Shown: positions 41,300-53,859 of the stretch, one piece after another
How positions within the stretch are numbered: position 1 is the stretch's first letter
Layout of the letters: each line of letters starts with the position of its first letter
Source of the DNA: Chiloscyllium plagiosum
Lineage: Eukaryota
Assembly: GCF_004010195.1 (NCBI RefSeq)
Contig: NC_057728.1
Span: forward strand, 45,355,419-45,419,418
Length of the DNA stretch: 64,000 bases
Direction: 5' to 3'
Position numbers and translations under genes: made by a program
Notes under the pieces: generated by a model
What the model was told of the DNA's origin: nothing
The model's database searches: none
What the model saw: the letters and a program-made list of their open reading frames with translations, nothing else

Positions 41300-42850
41300 A
41301 TATGTGCATTAAAAATGAAACACACTTTTTTTACCTTGACCCAGTTGCCTGGTTTTGATATCTTTAAATATATTTGTAATCTCAATATAGATAGTTTTTG
41401 TTTATTCCACCTGGGTCTCCTGAATCTTGTCTCAATCTTTGGTCACTGTAGACATTTTCAATCTAAGTTTTATTTTTCCTTTGTATAAGCCATTTTAGGC
41501 CATGAAAGGCCGTGAAGTTAAAACTTGATACCCATATTTACCACTGTCATGATGCTTCCTCACCATAAAGAATGAATATTTCTCCTTTTTGTATACACTG
41601 AGCATTCAGCTACAAGGTCAATATGAAATAACATGCAAAGATTGTACACACATTCCATATGCACCTTCTTTGCCCTAACCTGGATTCAAAACATAGCTTG
41701 GGCTGAGCAACCATACTAATTCCTCAATCTATGCCACCTTTGCAAGTTTTAACCTTTCACTACCCACTCCTTTAATTGCTTTACTGGATTCTCGGGCGTT
41801 TTTACAAATTTGATCTCTACAGAATTGGGCAGATAGGGTGACTTTTTACATTAACCTGATTTGACTGGTTGAGATTTGATGCTGTTCCTTAAACCACTCC
41901 ACTCTGTTTTTGCATCACTGTATGCCCCTGGTCTCTGCTGGCAATGTCTGCTATTCCCATGTGTTTCCTTCTCATTCCATTCACTGTGGGAATGAACTTT
42001 GCCTTACTCTGTTTTCCTTTGAACACCACTGCCATCAGATTGATGTGCAGCTCCTGCTATCCTCTCGTGTGGCTCTTTCACTAAGTGAGGCTTTATTTTC
42101 ACTTTCTAGTGACCAATCTGAGAACTCTGATCCTGTTATACCGTGAAGGAATCTGTTAACCAGATCTCTGTCTCTGGGCTGTCATGTTTTCTCTTCTTCT
42201 CTGGCCCTTTCTTGCTGTTCTTCTATGGCTACCATCCTCAACTAATCCTGACTCTTTCTGAAATTGCTGATCTATCCTCAGCACCCTTTAATGCAAATGA
42301 TTCTGGCTGATCCAGCTTCAATCTCTCAGGTTTTACTGCCCTCTGTTGGGCTCTGAATCTTTCTTGGTTCCCAGACTTTCTGACACTTGGCACTGGTTTT
42401 CTTCATTTTTTCCAGCCTCTCTGGGCTGTCCTTTTCTATTTTTTTAAATTTTTAATCATTTTATTAGATTCCCTACGTGTGGGAACAGGCCCTTTGGCCC
42501 AACAAGTCTACACCGACCCTTGAGGGTTATATTTTGCTATAGCCAAATTATTCCCTAGTAATATATCTACTCCTGGCATTAGTAAGCTTGGAGTTCCCCA
42601 ACAGTTACTATACTCTCAACCAGTTTACTTTCTAAGTGACCTTTAACCAGTGGACAACTCTATACTCTTTCACATGAGCCATTTTATCAGCACATTGGAA
42701 GTTCATTGGCTTCCAGGGGGTGAATATTCTATATTCCCCCTTAGCAGGGTCTGCAAGCACCCAATGTCTCAGAGAATGCCAGTTTCTGTTTTTGTTTAAA
42801 ATGTCAGCGGTCACCATTACTTTGGATGCCATCTCCTGTCATCTATCCAA
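41300..42850 (-). mobile_element. Possible retrovirus-like gag and integrase-end remnant
   Basis: Minus-strand SLRHWVLADPAKGEYRIFTPWKP, LVNRFLHGI, a degenerate Cys/His knuckle and KPGNWVKVKK; very decayed. Confidence 0.3.
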
Positions 42851-44279
42851 GTCCACAATTATGTCTGAGCAAACACTGACCACCCTTAATGTAACAGATA
42901 CTGCCTTGCAGCTCAAATTTCTGGAGAATGCTGGAACCATAATTTTTAATTATGCGTCCTGCTTTGCCTCAGTAAAAGAACCCCTGTTCCCCACCTATTA
43001 CCCAATCTGGATCTCTCCTGTTAATGGTTGGGGTCAGTTATGATTTCTCTCGTCTATCTGTCTCCCTTACTCTCAGCTTGTCTCAAGGGTATTTATGTCA
43101 TCCTTATCTCTTTCTGGTCTGTGAAAGTTCCCAGTCCCAGCTTCCTCATGTTTATGGATGTGCGTGCACTAACTTACAGATTTTAGCCAGAATTGCTGCC
43201 TGTCAGAGCGCTACTGCCTTCTTTTCCTCTACATGCATCAGGATTGGAAAGGGTATTTTGAACTCCATAAGGAGAATTACCTCATGAGAATTTTTGTTAA
43301 AATGCCCAAACCCACTGATCAAAAGTGAACTGTTTAAGCCATTCATATTCTACCTATGATTTGTCAGGGCATTTCTTGAATTTTCGGCATTATGTCTCTG
43401 TCATGAGTCGGTATATGTTTAAAATAACAGCTTTTACTGTCTCATATTCAGTGAACTCTCCTCTAGTAAGATGCAGTAAATGTCATGAGCTTTCCCTGAC
43501 AGCCTGCTCTGTAACAAGAGTGGCTATTGCTAAGCTAGCCACTTAAATTGCTGTGCTAACCTCTCAAAGGAGGTGAAGGAAGCATCCATTTCTTCCTCAT
43601 CGAACTTTGGGAAGTTCAGCTCTTAAGTCTAACTTGGGTTTGGTTCTTTTACCAAAGCTGTTCTCTATGAACATAGGTGGTATAGTTAGTAAGTTTGAAG
43701 ATGACACCAAAATTGGTGATGTAGTGAACAGCGAAGAAGGTTACCTCAAACTACAACGGGATCTTGATCAGACGGGCCAATGGCGTTTAATTTAGATAAA
43801 TGTGAAATGTTGCATTTTGGAAAGGTAAATCAGAGCAGGACTTATACACTTAAGGTCTTGGGGAGTGTTGCTAAGCAAAGAGACCTTGGAGTGCAGGCTC
43901 ATAATTCCTTGAAAGTAGAATCACGGGTATATAGGATAGTGAAGAAGGCATTTGGTATGCTTTTCTTTATTGGTCAGAGTATTGAGTACAGGAGTTGGGA
44001 GGTCATGCTGCGACTGTGCAGGACATTGCTTAGGCCACATTTGGAATATTGCATGCATTTCCGGTCTCCTTCCTATCGGAAAGATGTTGTGAAACTTGAA
44101 AGGTTCAGAAAAGATTTACAAGGTTATTGCCAGGGTTGGAGAGTTGGAGCCATAGGGAGAGGCTGAATAGGCTGGAGCAGTTTTCCCTGAAGTGTCAGAG
44201 GACTGAGGAGTGACCTTATAGAGGTTTATGAAGTCATGAGGGGCATGGATAAGGTAAATAGACAAGGGATATGAATAGG

Positions 44280-44485
44280 CAAAAGTGAGGACTGCAGATG
44301 CTGGAATTCAGAGTCTACATTAGAGTGGTGCTGGAAAAGCACAGCAGGTCAGACAGCATCCGAGAGCAGACAAATCGACGTTTCAGGCACAAGTTTCCTG
44401 ATGAAGGGCTTCTGCCTGAAACTTCGATTTTCCTGCTCCTCGGATGCTGCCTGACTGGCTGTGCTTTTCCAGCACCACTCTAATG
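44280..44485 (-). mobile_element. Penelope-like family A fold-back insertion
   Basis: Arms at 44313-44389 / 44413-44490; 21-bp direct repeat 44259-44279 / 44486-44506; hammerhead core CUGAUGA-A-GGGC-UUCU-GCCU-GAAAC-UUC at 44398-44425 (+). Confidence 0.85.
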
Positions 44486-44559
44486 TAGACAAGGGATATG
44501 AATAGGAAGAGTTTAGAGGGATGTGGGCCAAGTGCTGGCAATAGGACTAGATTAGATTA

Positions 44560-44694
44560 TGATTTGGAGATGCCGGTGTTGGACTGGGGTGTACAAAGTT
44601 AAAAATCACACAACACCAGGTTATAATCCAACAGGTTTTTTGGAGATGCCGGTGTAAGACTGTTGGACTATAACCTGGTGTTGTGTGATTTTTA
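44560..44694 (-). mobile_element. Penelope-like family B fold-back insertion
   Basis: Arms at about 44598-44634 / 44660-44696; 14-bp direct repeat actagattagatta (44546-44559 / 44695-44708). Confidence 0.8.
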
Positions 44695-45107
44695 ACTAGA
44701 TTAGATTAGTGTATCTGGTCAGTGTGGATGAGTTGGGCCAAATGGTCTGTTTCTGTTCTATACATCTCTATGATTCTATGACTTTCCTCAGCTTGACCTA
44801 AATCTAGACTCCCTTTCTCTTTCATTTCTCCTTTTCTGCAATTCTTTTTACTCTCTCTGTTCTAGTTCTTATTGCTTCTCTTCTTTCCTGTCCTGGAATT
44901 CCAATTATATTCTTAGCTCTTCCAAATTAAATTGGTCTATTACACTTAGGAGCCCAGCTAATGTTATTACTAAAAAAAATCAGATCCCAGACTAAAATTT
45001 AATTTGAGTGATCACTTTTTACTGGTTTTAATGAGGTGATCTTTCACTGAAGCATAAGAATGCAATGCTGTAGATTTGAGTTTATCAGTAAAAAGAAGTT
45101 AGTTCTA

Positions 45108-46165
45108 AAGAACAAAGAACAGTACAGCACAGGACCAGGCCTTTCGACCCACCAAGACTGTGCCAACACATAATACCTTTCTAAATTAAAAATCTTTTTC
45201 CTTTACACGGTCCGTTTACCCCTCTTCCATGCCTATTTGTATATTTTATCTGCCTCCACCACCTCCTCTGGCAGTGCATTCCAGGCAGTTACCAACCTGT
45301 GTCTAAAAACCTTGCCTCTTACACCTGCTGTAAATTTACTCCTTTTAACTTAAAACTAGGTTCCCTGCTAATTGATATTTCTACCTTGGAAAAAACTGAT
45401 TACCCATTCTATCCATACCTCACATAATTTTATAAACTTCTATCATCTTGCCCCTCATCCTTTGATATTCAAGTGAAAACAAGCCAAGTTTATCCAACTT
45501 CTTCTCATAGCTAATACCCTCCAAATTAGGCAACATCCTGGGAAACCATCTCTGTACCCTCCCCAAAGCCTCCACATCCATTTTGTAATATGATGAGCAG
45601 AACTGTTCACATTATTCCAAATGTTGCCGAACTAAAGTTCAATACTGCTGTATCAAAACTTGCCAATTTTTATACTCTGTACTTTGATCAATGAAAGCAA
45701 GCATGTTGTACACATTCTTGACCACCTTATCTACTTATATTGCCACTTGCAGGGAATATTGGACCTATATGGGCAACTCAGCGGTAAGCACTACTGCCTT
45801 CCAGCACTGGGTACCTGGGTTCAATTCCACCCTCAGGCGACAGTCTGTATGAAGTTCGCACATTGTCTCCGTGTCTGAGTGGGTTCATTTGGGACGCAGG
45901 TTTCACTCCACAGTTCAAAGATGGATTGGCCATGCTAAATTGCCCATAGTGTCTAGGAATTTGCAGCCAGATCGATTAGCCTGGGAAATGCAGGATTACA
46001 GGGATTGGATAAAGAGATGGGTCTGGGTGGGATGCTCTTTGGAAGGCCAGTCAGACCTTGATGGGATTATATGATTCTATGATATATGCCTAGATTCTTC
46101 CATATGTTGATACTACTAACAGTTCTACCCTTTACTGTGTACTTCCCTCTTACATTAGACCTATA
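45108..46165 (-). mobile_element. CR1 3' fragment with nested HE1-type SINE (about 45771-46083, +)
   Basis: CR1 tail reads aagaacaaagaacagtacagcacagg on +; SINE B box gggttcaattcc; tatatg repeated on both SINE flanks. Confidence 0.7.
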
Positions 46166-46410
46166 CAAAAGAAATGAAGATAAAATAGAATACACCAAGC
46201 TCTTTGCAAATAACACAAATTTTAAGATTTCAATCATACATTTCATTAATTCTAACAACACTTCTTTATGGTACTTGTACTTATGAATTTCCTTCTCTTT
46301 CTCATCTGAAATGTTTAAGTGGTTTCAATTCCCCATCTTGTGAATCTAATAGTCTTTGATTTGTCATGTATTTGAGCATATACTTTCTAAGTTTCAAATT
46401 ACCCTTTCAG

Positions 46411-47186
46411 CAGTTATTTAGTAATAGTTGCTGTATCGGGTCACTTAAGTTTTCCAATAGTTAGGTTATTCTAAATTCCGCTTTCTTTTATTCATGTTTC
46501 AGCTATGGTGTTTAAATAAATTCTATTTTGCTTAAAGCCAAGTGGTTTGACCAGCTGTATCACACCTGGAAAATCCACTTCACATCTGCGTTTAAAATAA
46601 GAAAAGGTTTGGGTCTCGGTTACCTTCTTAAGTTATTTTCTGGGTGTTGGGCCTGGTCCATAACAGACTGGGGGCTCGTCCAGAATTGATTCTATAATTA
46701 CACTTTGGGATTAGGGCTTTTGAACACAAAGGCAACAAGCGGTAGGTATTAGTGCCTTTTGTTCCAAGTGTTGGAAGAAGTGACTTTGGGGAGTTTTGCA
46801 AAAGGTATGCAAAGCAAAACTGTCGGAATTGGCAGACAAGCTGGAGTCTGCCAATATAGTAACATCCCTTAAACATACCCTTTGGCAAAAAGGTCAATTC
46901 AAGCACAGATTCTTAGAGGCAGGAGGAAACAACATCCAAAGAGATTTCAGAAGAAGGTTAGAGGAGTTCTTTGGTGAATCTTGCAACTCACCTGGATCCT
47001 CGCATCTTGAGACAGCTACAGCTCAAACAAACTGGAAAAAACCTGAACTGGGAGAACTGGCCACTCCCCTTCCATTGTTAAATTAGACACTTCCTGGACT
47101 CTTTGGCACCTCTGCCTTTACGAATTCCCTTGGGGAAAAAAAAACCAAGGACAAAATAACCTTTTTAACGTGACAGCCTCATCACA
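46411..47186. mobile_element. Rearranged Gypsy 5' LTR with tRNA-Pro PBS and gag start
   Basis: On +: LTR end ...ccataaca (46665), PBS tgggggctcgtccagaat (46669-46686; 16/18 to TGGGGGCTCGTCCGGGAT) and KAKLSELADKLE. On -: LTR-like start TGTGATGA at 47186. Confidence 0.7.
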
Positions 47187-47289
47187 ATATTAGAAACTCA
47201 AGAACACCTTTTTTTGCAGGAATACTTGATATCCCTCACTCTAATTCTGTTGTTCACCTGTGGAAATGTCACAGTTGAGCCTTCAAATT

Positions 47290-48212
47290 CCGTATGACCG
47301 GGTGAGGATTGGGAATCAGATCCCTACTAGCTTAACCCTCTCTCAGTTGATTACAGCAAACATTTTTTATTTTTATTGTGCTACAATCACACTTAAATTA
47401 AAACATACTTCACTAGAAAAGGAAGGAGATCTTGAGTGAAAGAAAGAGGGAATTTATTACCTAAGAACTCTAAGAAAACAGAATACAAACCCCACATAAA
47501 AATTCAATGAAACACCAAGTTTAAAAAGGAGAGTGTCTGGTACGGACAATGAAGAAAAAGATATTGAAATTAAAATGTTTTTAGTGTCCTTATGGTTTTG
47601 GATTCTTAGCCCATGGCCATAGTTGTTTAATGATTCGCTTTTCTTTGTGGCAGCAATTTTTATCTGTAACTGTCTTTTGTGTTCTTGATGAGTGGAGATT
47701 TTCCCAATTTGTTTTTTTAAGCCAGGGGCTGTATTCTGAGGTGATGAGAGAAACCAGCAGTTGGAGAAAGAGAGAGGGCAAGAAATGGTTCCAGTTCTTG
47801 CTTACAAATCTATTTGTTTGCTTTTTGTTGTGTTCTGCTGTTCAAAATCTGTAGCTGAAATATAATTTAGTGTGTGTTTCTCAGTCTAACTCCATTGTCT
47901 TTCCAAGCTGAATCACCGAGCTTTTAAATTACTTATCTGTGAAATTATCATGAATGTGTAAAGTAAAATAGGATGGTGACTCAGTTATCTGGTTTTGAGT
48001 TTTTAGATTAAAAGTGATTTCAGTGTAGAAGACTTTGTTTATTTCATGTGAATCCCATGAAGCCTGCCTAAAACTTTGGTCAGGTGACCACTGCAGCCAT
48101 TTAGGTCCATGTTACTTCCTGTTTAAAAACCATTTCAATCCATGAAAGGTCTCAGGTAAACCAATCAGCTGATAAAAGATAAAGTGATAGTCAATGTATA
48201 CCACTATTGTAA
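47290..48212. mobile_element. Solo-LTR-like dispersed repeat
   Basis: 47395-47560 is similar to 40430-40600 (aagtttaaaaRggagagtgtctggta); ends in tgtaaca. Confidence 0.35.
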
Positions 48213-48493
48213 CACTTTCTTAATGTTTTCACTAAATACCTTTTTTGCAATACCACATCATAGTTCTTAAATGTAAACAGTGTCTAGTCCTTGAGATTCT
48301 GAGTCTACCTTCGAGAACTTGCTAGCATCTTGAGACTGATACAGAAAAAACAAACTGGAAAAAAACCGGAATATTTGAATTTGAGACTGCAATGTTGAAT
48401 GTAGGTCTAGTAGGTCTTGAGAGAAAGAACTGACTTAGCAAGGGAGAGGAATAACCAGAAAGAGAGGGAGTAATAAGGAAAGGGTGAAATCAG

Positions 48494-48800
48494 GAGGCCG
48501 TGGAGTCGTGGTACTGTCACTAGACAAGTAATTCAAAAGACCAAGCTAATGTTCTGAGCATACTGGTACATATTCAATGTGAAATTTGAATTCAATAAAA
48601 TCTGGAATCAAAAACTAGCCTCATGGTAACCATGTATTTGTAGCTGAAATAAAAGCACATCTGGTTTAGGATTGAAATCTGCCAACCTTACGTGGTCTGG
48701 TCAATACATAATTAGCTCTTAACTGATCTGGGTAATTAGGGATGGACTTTAAATATTGGCTTAGTCAGTGACTCCCACATCCCATGATCAAATTTAAAAA
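48494..48800 (+). mobile_element. tRNA-derived SINE
   Basis: Same family as 36510-36980. Confidence 0.6.
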
Positions 48801-51800
48801 TTGAGAAGCGGATAACAGTAGTTTTAATGTGGAGCTATCATTAGGTAAGTCATTTCTTGCTAATTATTCTGAATTTTGAAAGAAGCAAGGAATCCACAAG
48901 CGCCTATCATAATTAATATTGAATCAATCAAAAATATGCTTGATGAATTACATAAGGATGCGCAACAATGAATGGTCACTCACTCTCAAGAATGTTTTTA
49001 TTTACAATGATTCAAATTTGTGGCCTTAAAATGATAATTATTTTGCACACAACTTTGTCTGATGAACAGAATAAGGTGTTAAGCTTGGTATTACATTCCG
49101 TGGGATGGGCAACATGTTAAAATAAGGAGGGTGCTCAGCCCACCAAATTCCCACCTGCCCCAAACACACCCCATAAAATAGTGAGGCAGGTTTTTCCAAA
49201 ATCAGCATCCATCTCACCATATGTATGTATGTAAATAATTAAGGACGAATTGAACTTGTCTGAAATATCCCAGAAGGCCATTCAATCACTAATGGCTTTG
49301 ATTCAAGAAGAAGGTCCACCAATGAGTTCATTAGGCAACCTGGGTGGTTAATAATTATCATCCTTGCCAGAAATGTACACATCTTAAGAATGAATCCAAA
49401 GAAAGGGCATGAACTCAATACCAGATAGCCATCTTTGGTAATTGTGTTCACCATTTGTACTTGATATTCCTTTATTCTTCTAGTAGAAGTGTTAGTTTAT
49501 ATTAAAATTGTAAGATAATATCATACAAGCATATGAAAGATTTGTTTGTTCAGTTTGATTTTAATTTGATTTGCAGGTGACTATAATCTTAATATTTGTG
49601 CATATAATTACTTTACAAGTCTAGGTCAGAACTAATTCAGATGAAAGTCTAAGCTGATTTACTTCACTCCTGCAAAGTGACAAACTGGAATCAGCAAGAA
49701 AGGTGCAAGAGATTTAAATGATTCGAATACTACTCCATATACTTGAAAATAACTTAGAAGTTCTTTATTTCGATTCTACCGTATTCATTCAAATCCAGCT
49801 TATTTTTAACATGAATTTTCCAAATTAATCTTCATTGTATATTCTGAATCTTGATCTGGGTAACTTCATTTCATCTTGCACCCACTGTAATGCTGAGTTT
49901 AAAAAAAAGGTTCCTAGCTACAGGGATAGGAGTGAAAGGGGTGTGTGCGTGGTGGCTGCGGAGGTGTTGGTGGGGCCTTGGGTTGTTAGTGGAGTGTGGT
50001 GTAACTATGAAGGTCCATCATTTTTGGTAGGGGAGGTCAATAAGTAGCCAAACTGTACCCTTCTTGCACTGATTTTAACCTAAAGCTAGAATTCAAAATA
50101 TATATTTTTTTATTTCAATTTCCTGCAGCTGAATGCTTGCCATAACTTGTCCTGAAAAGCCATTAGACACGCTGTATAAAATGTCTTTGGTGCCCCTTAG
50201 GCTTCTTGGGAGCGATCATGTGCATTTTGTTACTGTGTGCTTTTGTTGTCTTGTATTCACTTATCCCAACAGAGCACATCAAATGGTAGTCATGCATTAT
50301 GTGAAAGTATATTAAACTGCTGGTTTAATTAAAAACTTTGGATTTTCACCAAACAGAATCATTTATTTAGGATGCAAGTTTTAAAAAATGTTTTGTTTAC
50401 ATTCATGTGATTAGAATTCTGGTGTGAGGTTCCTATTTTATCCTTACGTTTATAACATTGAAGCAATCTCAAGTTTATTTTTTAAAAGTATATCTTCAAT
50501 CATCAACAACAAACTTCCTTAGACCTTACTGAACTCTAAAAGAACTTGAAGAACTGAGTTTACTAAGGACTTGGGGAAGAAAAGATCTAACACCAGAAGT
50601 ATATTTGGATCAAGACAAACAATAATCACACAGTACTTTTATGGTTAATGAATGTACACACCACAACTTATACAGGCAGGTAGAAGGCATTTGTCCATCA
50701 TAAAATTTTGAATGTTCTGGCTTTTGATGTAAAACGTTTCATGCAATCTGCATTGAATGTATTAATGTGTTTGCTCATTAAGTTGTTGAATGTACATATT
50801 TGAAAAATTTGGGACTAATAATGACCAAAACATAATCTATAGTTTCATGATGCTACCTAATTAACTAATACTTCTCAATAACTTTTATTATTTCTGTGAG
50901 AGTAAGTATTTTTAGTCACAAAATGCAGCTCAGCAATGCAAATGTGAGACTTTTTTTACTTTAACTCTTTTAGAGTTTATATAGTATTTATATTCACATG
51001 CATTGAATTAAATACTTCATGTTCTTCCAAGATTCGGACTGAATTTAATGTGCACCCGGGGGAGGCTGGTAGGTCAAGGGGGGTTGTATTTGAGGCGGAA
51101 AGATGCAGATTGGAGCTCTCATCACTGCCCAACTTCCCTTGATTAAGTGTGTCAGAAAGGGTGGGGATGCGCTTCCTGCACAGAGGCCAATCGAGACCCT
51201 TAAATAGCAGACCGGAGCAATGCCATGTGAACAATCCATCAGGTGAACCCTGTGGCCTGGTGGGGACCCTCCTTCTCCACCATTTTTAGATTAGTAATAG
51301 GGACACTCTAGAAATAAAGCCCTTTCCTTTGTCATCTCACTTTCATCCAGAGGCTTCAACGATGGTTCTTCTGGTCACCATCACTGCATTTCTTCCATGT
51401 GTACTACTTGCGCTCCCAGTCTCAGATTGATGAGCAGTTCCCAAGGGTGGGATATCCACCTTGCACTGAAGGGTCTGATGGGCATTTATCCCAGTGGATT
51501 CAGGAACATTGTTGACAGCTAAGCACCCTTGATGGGACTTCATACTAACTGGGCTCATGAAAGTGGCTGTGTCAGTGTTGTCGCCGATCCTCCAACATCA
51601 TTACATTGGTCTTTGTGATCTGTGGCAACAAAAAGAGCAAATAGTATTGCTACAGAAGTATGACAATTTACAAACTTTCTACTGAGTTTTCTGAAGATTA
51701 CTGTAACTTCCCAGTTATATTAAGTTGTTGATCAGTTTGCTATAGACAAAATATAGCACTACTAATTTGTGCAATGTATTGGTAAATTGATTCTATATAT

Positions 51801-51933
51801 AAGTTTTTGAGTTTATTTCAATACTATGTCATTTCCAAGTTAACTATACAAAACTGTGCAATTCAATAAGCTGACATATAAATCAGCATGTTGATCTTTT
51901 CTGCTGTGCTTGCTTCCCTTTTTTGTTTTCCAG

Positions 51934-51994
51934 TCATCACTTCCTGCCAGAGCTGGATGCAGATGTACTGAATGGTGGCCGGGTTCAACTCATG
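51934..51994 (+). CDS. LRRIQ1: LRRIQ1 coding exon (third from last)
   Basis: Long pyrimidine tract plus cag, donor gtaaga; 61 nt, phase-compatible with the previous exon. Translates (N)HHFLPELDADVLNGGRVQLM versus recalled human HFLPELDPDVLNGGRVQLV. Confidence 0.93.
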
Positions 51995-52478
51995 GTAAGA
52001 ACTTGCCTCCAGCTCTAAACCAGTTTAGTGCATGCAGAGTTCTATATGAATGGACTTTAACACTAAAATAGCAATATGTTATTTCACTGCTAATCTGTTG
52101 TACAGTTTGCTTCTAAAAGTGTAGAATGTGAGCATAGTGATTATCTTTTTTATTCTATATATTTGGATTCTGCGGGTGCCTTTGTAAAATTCGACATTGC
52201 AAGAAAGGTTTGCTTTAGCATACTAGGAGGTTTCTGGTGACGATCTATTCAAAAATTAACTTTTAGAATATTAAAACAAAAAATGTCCTCTGGTCATTGA
52301 AAAAGCTTTTGGAATAATTTTGAATAAGCTGTAATTGAGCAAAAATGAATAACTGCATATTTGTCTCCCCATCAAGTCACAGTAAGTAAACAGTTATTCG
52401 TAAACAGTTTCTACTTCAAAACTATATAGAATGATTTATGTGCAAAACAAATAATTTACTTTTGCTTTGTTGTCTTAG

Positions 52479-52599
52479 GCAAGTCATGTAGGTAAAGAAT
52501 GTTCAGATTTAGACATTGTCTCTGTGTCCAGTGGTAGTACTATAAATCAACCAAGTGATGGATTTAATTATAGTCATCGGCGCTCATCAGGTTCTACAC
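52479..52599 (+). CDS. LRRIQ1: LRRIQ1 penultimate coding exon
   Basis: Acceptor tgtcttag, donor gtaagt; 121 nt, phase 0 to 1. ASHVGKECSDLDIVSVSSGSTINQPSDGFNYSHRRSSGST resembles recalled human ARLVSREDTDLDLFSMTNGS...HRHSAGSS. Confidence 0.88.
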
Positions 52600-53859
52600 G
52601 TAAGTCAGCAACCTGCATTCTTTGAATTTGCCTTTCTTTACCTCAATTGCTGAGATGGTCCAGATGTTTGAATTATAACATTTCAGTCTTTTTTGGAACT
52701 TAATTTGTTGCATCTTTATCGTCTAATGATAGTACAGCATAAATTATACCTATAATGCAGCTGCTGTGATATATTTCTAGTTCATGAAATATCACAAATG
52801 GTGTTGCCTTTAAGGCAAAAGGTGGAAGTACATTGCATCTACTCATGCAGTTCATTCTAGAAAATGGAGATAGTTCTTTGAAAATTAGGTTCTTCCAAGT
52901 TCAGTCTTACTTGATGCCCTGCATATTCTGGAGTTTGTCCAAGATTTGTTAGCCAGTTGTTCAATGCCAAATTCTGTTCAAGTTCATATTGCACCTATTT
53001 CAGTTCTTTGTGGTGAGAATAGCCATTTTGATTTTGTTTTCTGACTGAATATAGAACTTTTCCTTAATGCCCTTGAGTGAACCTAATTTGCTACTTTTGG
53101 ACACTGTTCCTGGTATGTAAAAAATGCAAGATTAGAACACAGCTCTGTAGCAGAGGTAAAGAACAAAACTTTAAAGAAACCATTTTTAAGAGCTATACTT
53201 CAGCAATTTGTTTGCATTTTTAATGCAGAAAGTCAGAGTGTTATATAATAGTGCTAACCATGAAAAACTGATAATCCAAACCATACTAAACTATAGTATC
53301 TTCTTTGATTCCACTAGCAGCTACTGGATTGTGACCCATACATAACTAACAGATCAGTTTCTATTGAACCTGGTTTACATTGGATATTATTTGAATTTTT
53401 TTTATCCTATTCTTGTTGAATTGTGCTGTTACTTCCACCTTTCCAAAGATCAGGATGTTCTGAATAGCCAAAGTGAGGGAATAAGCTTAACAAATTAGTC
53501 AAGAAAGCGAGTGTTGTCGAGCCAGTTTTATAACTGTAAGATGACACCGAAATTTCCAGTATGGCGAGATGGGCCACCCATGCACATTCTGCACGTTGCC
53601 TTGAATGTTGGGAAAGAATCCAAAGAGGCATTCACGGCTCGTGCCCAAACAAGCACTAGCCCGTTTGCTTGTGCAAATATGGATCTAAAATCAATCTGAG
53701 GACTTTCCTGAAACTGAGCTATTTTGAAATCAGTTGGCAAAAGTCCTGCGGCTTTCAGAAGCAAAAAACTGCTTTAGCATTTTCAATATAATGTCCACAC
53801 AATCCTTAACAAACTGCTAGATACTGTCACCATAATGTTTTGTAAAATAATGATGAGCA

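Larger units (their letters stand above)
43666..44782 (+). mobile_element. HER1-type CR1 fragment with two nested insertions
   Basis: GGIVSKFEDDTKIG and FNLDKCEMLHFG...RPHLEYC; tail ctctatgattctatgact. Confidence 0.9.
43140..44960 (-). mobile_element. Gypsy (Gmr1-like) gag remnant, split by CR1 at 43666-44782
   Basis: E/K/R-rich segment (44785-44960), then FPKFDEEEMDASFTSFERLAQQFKW...LLQSRLSGKAHDIY...ETVKAVIL...FDQW...HVEEKK. Confidence 0.7.
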
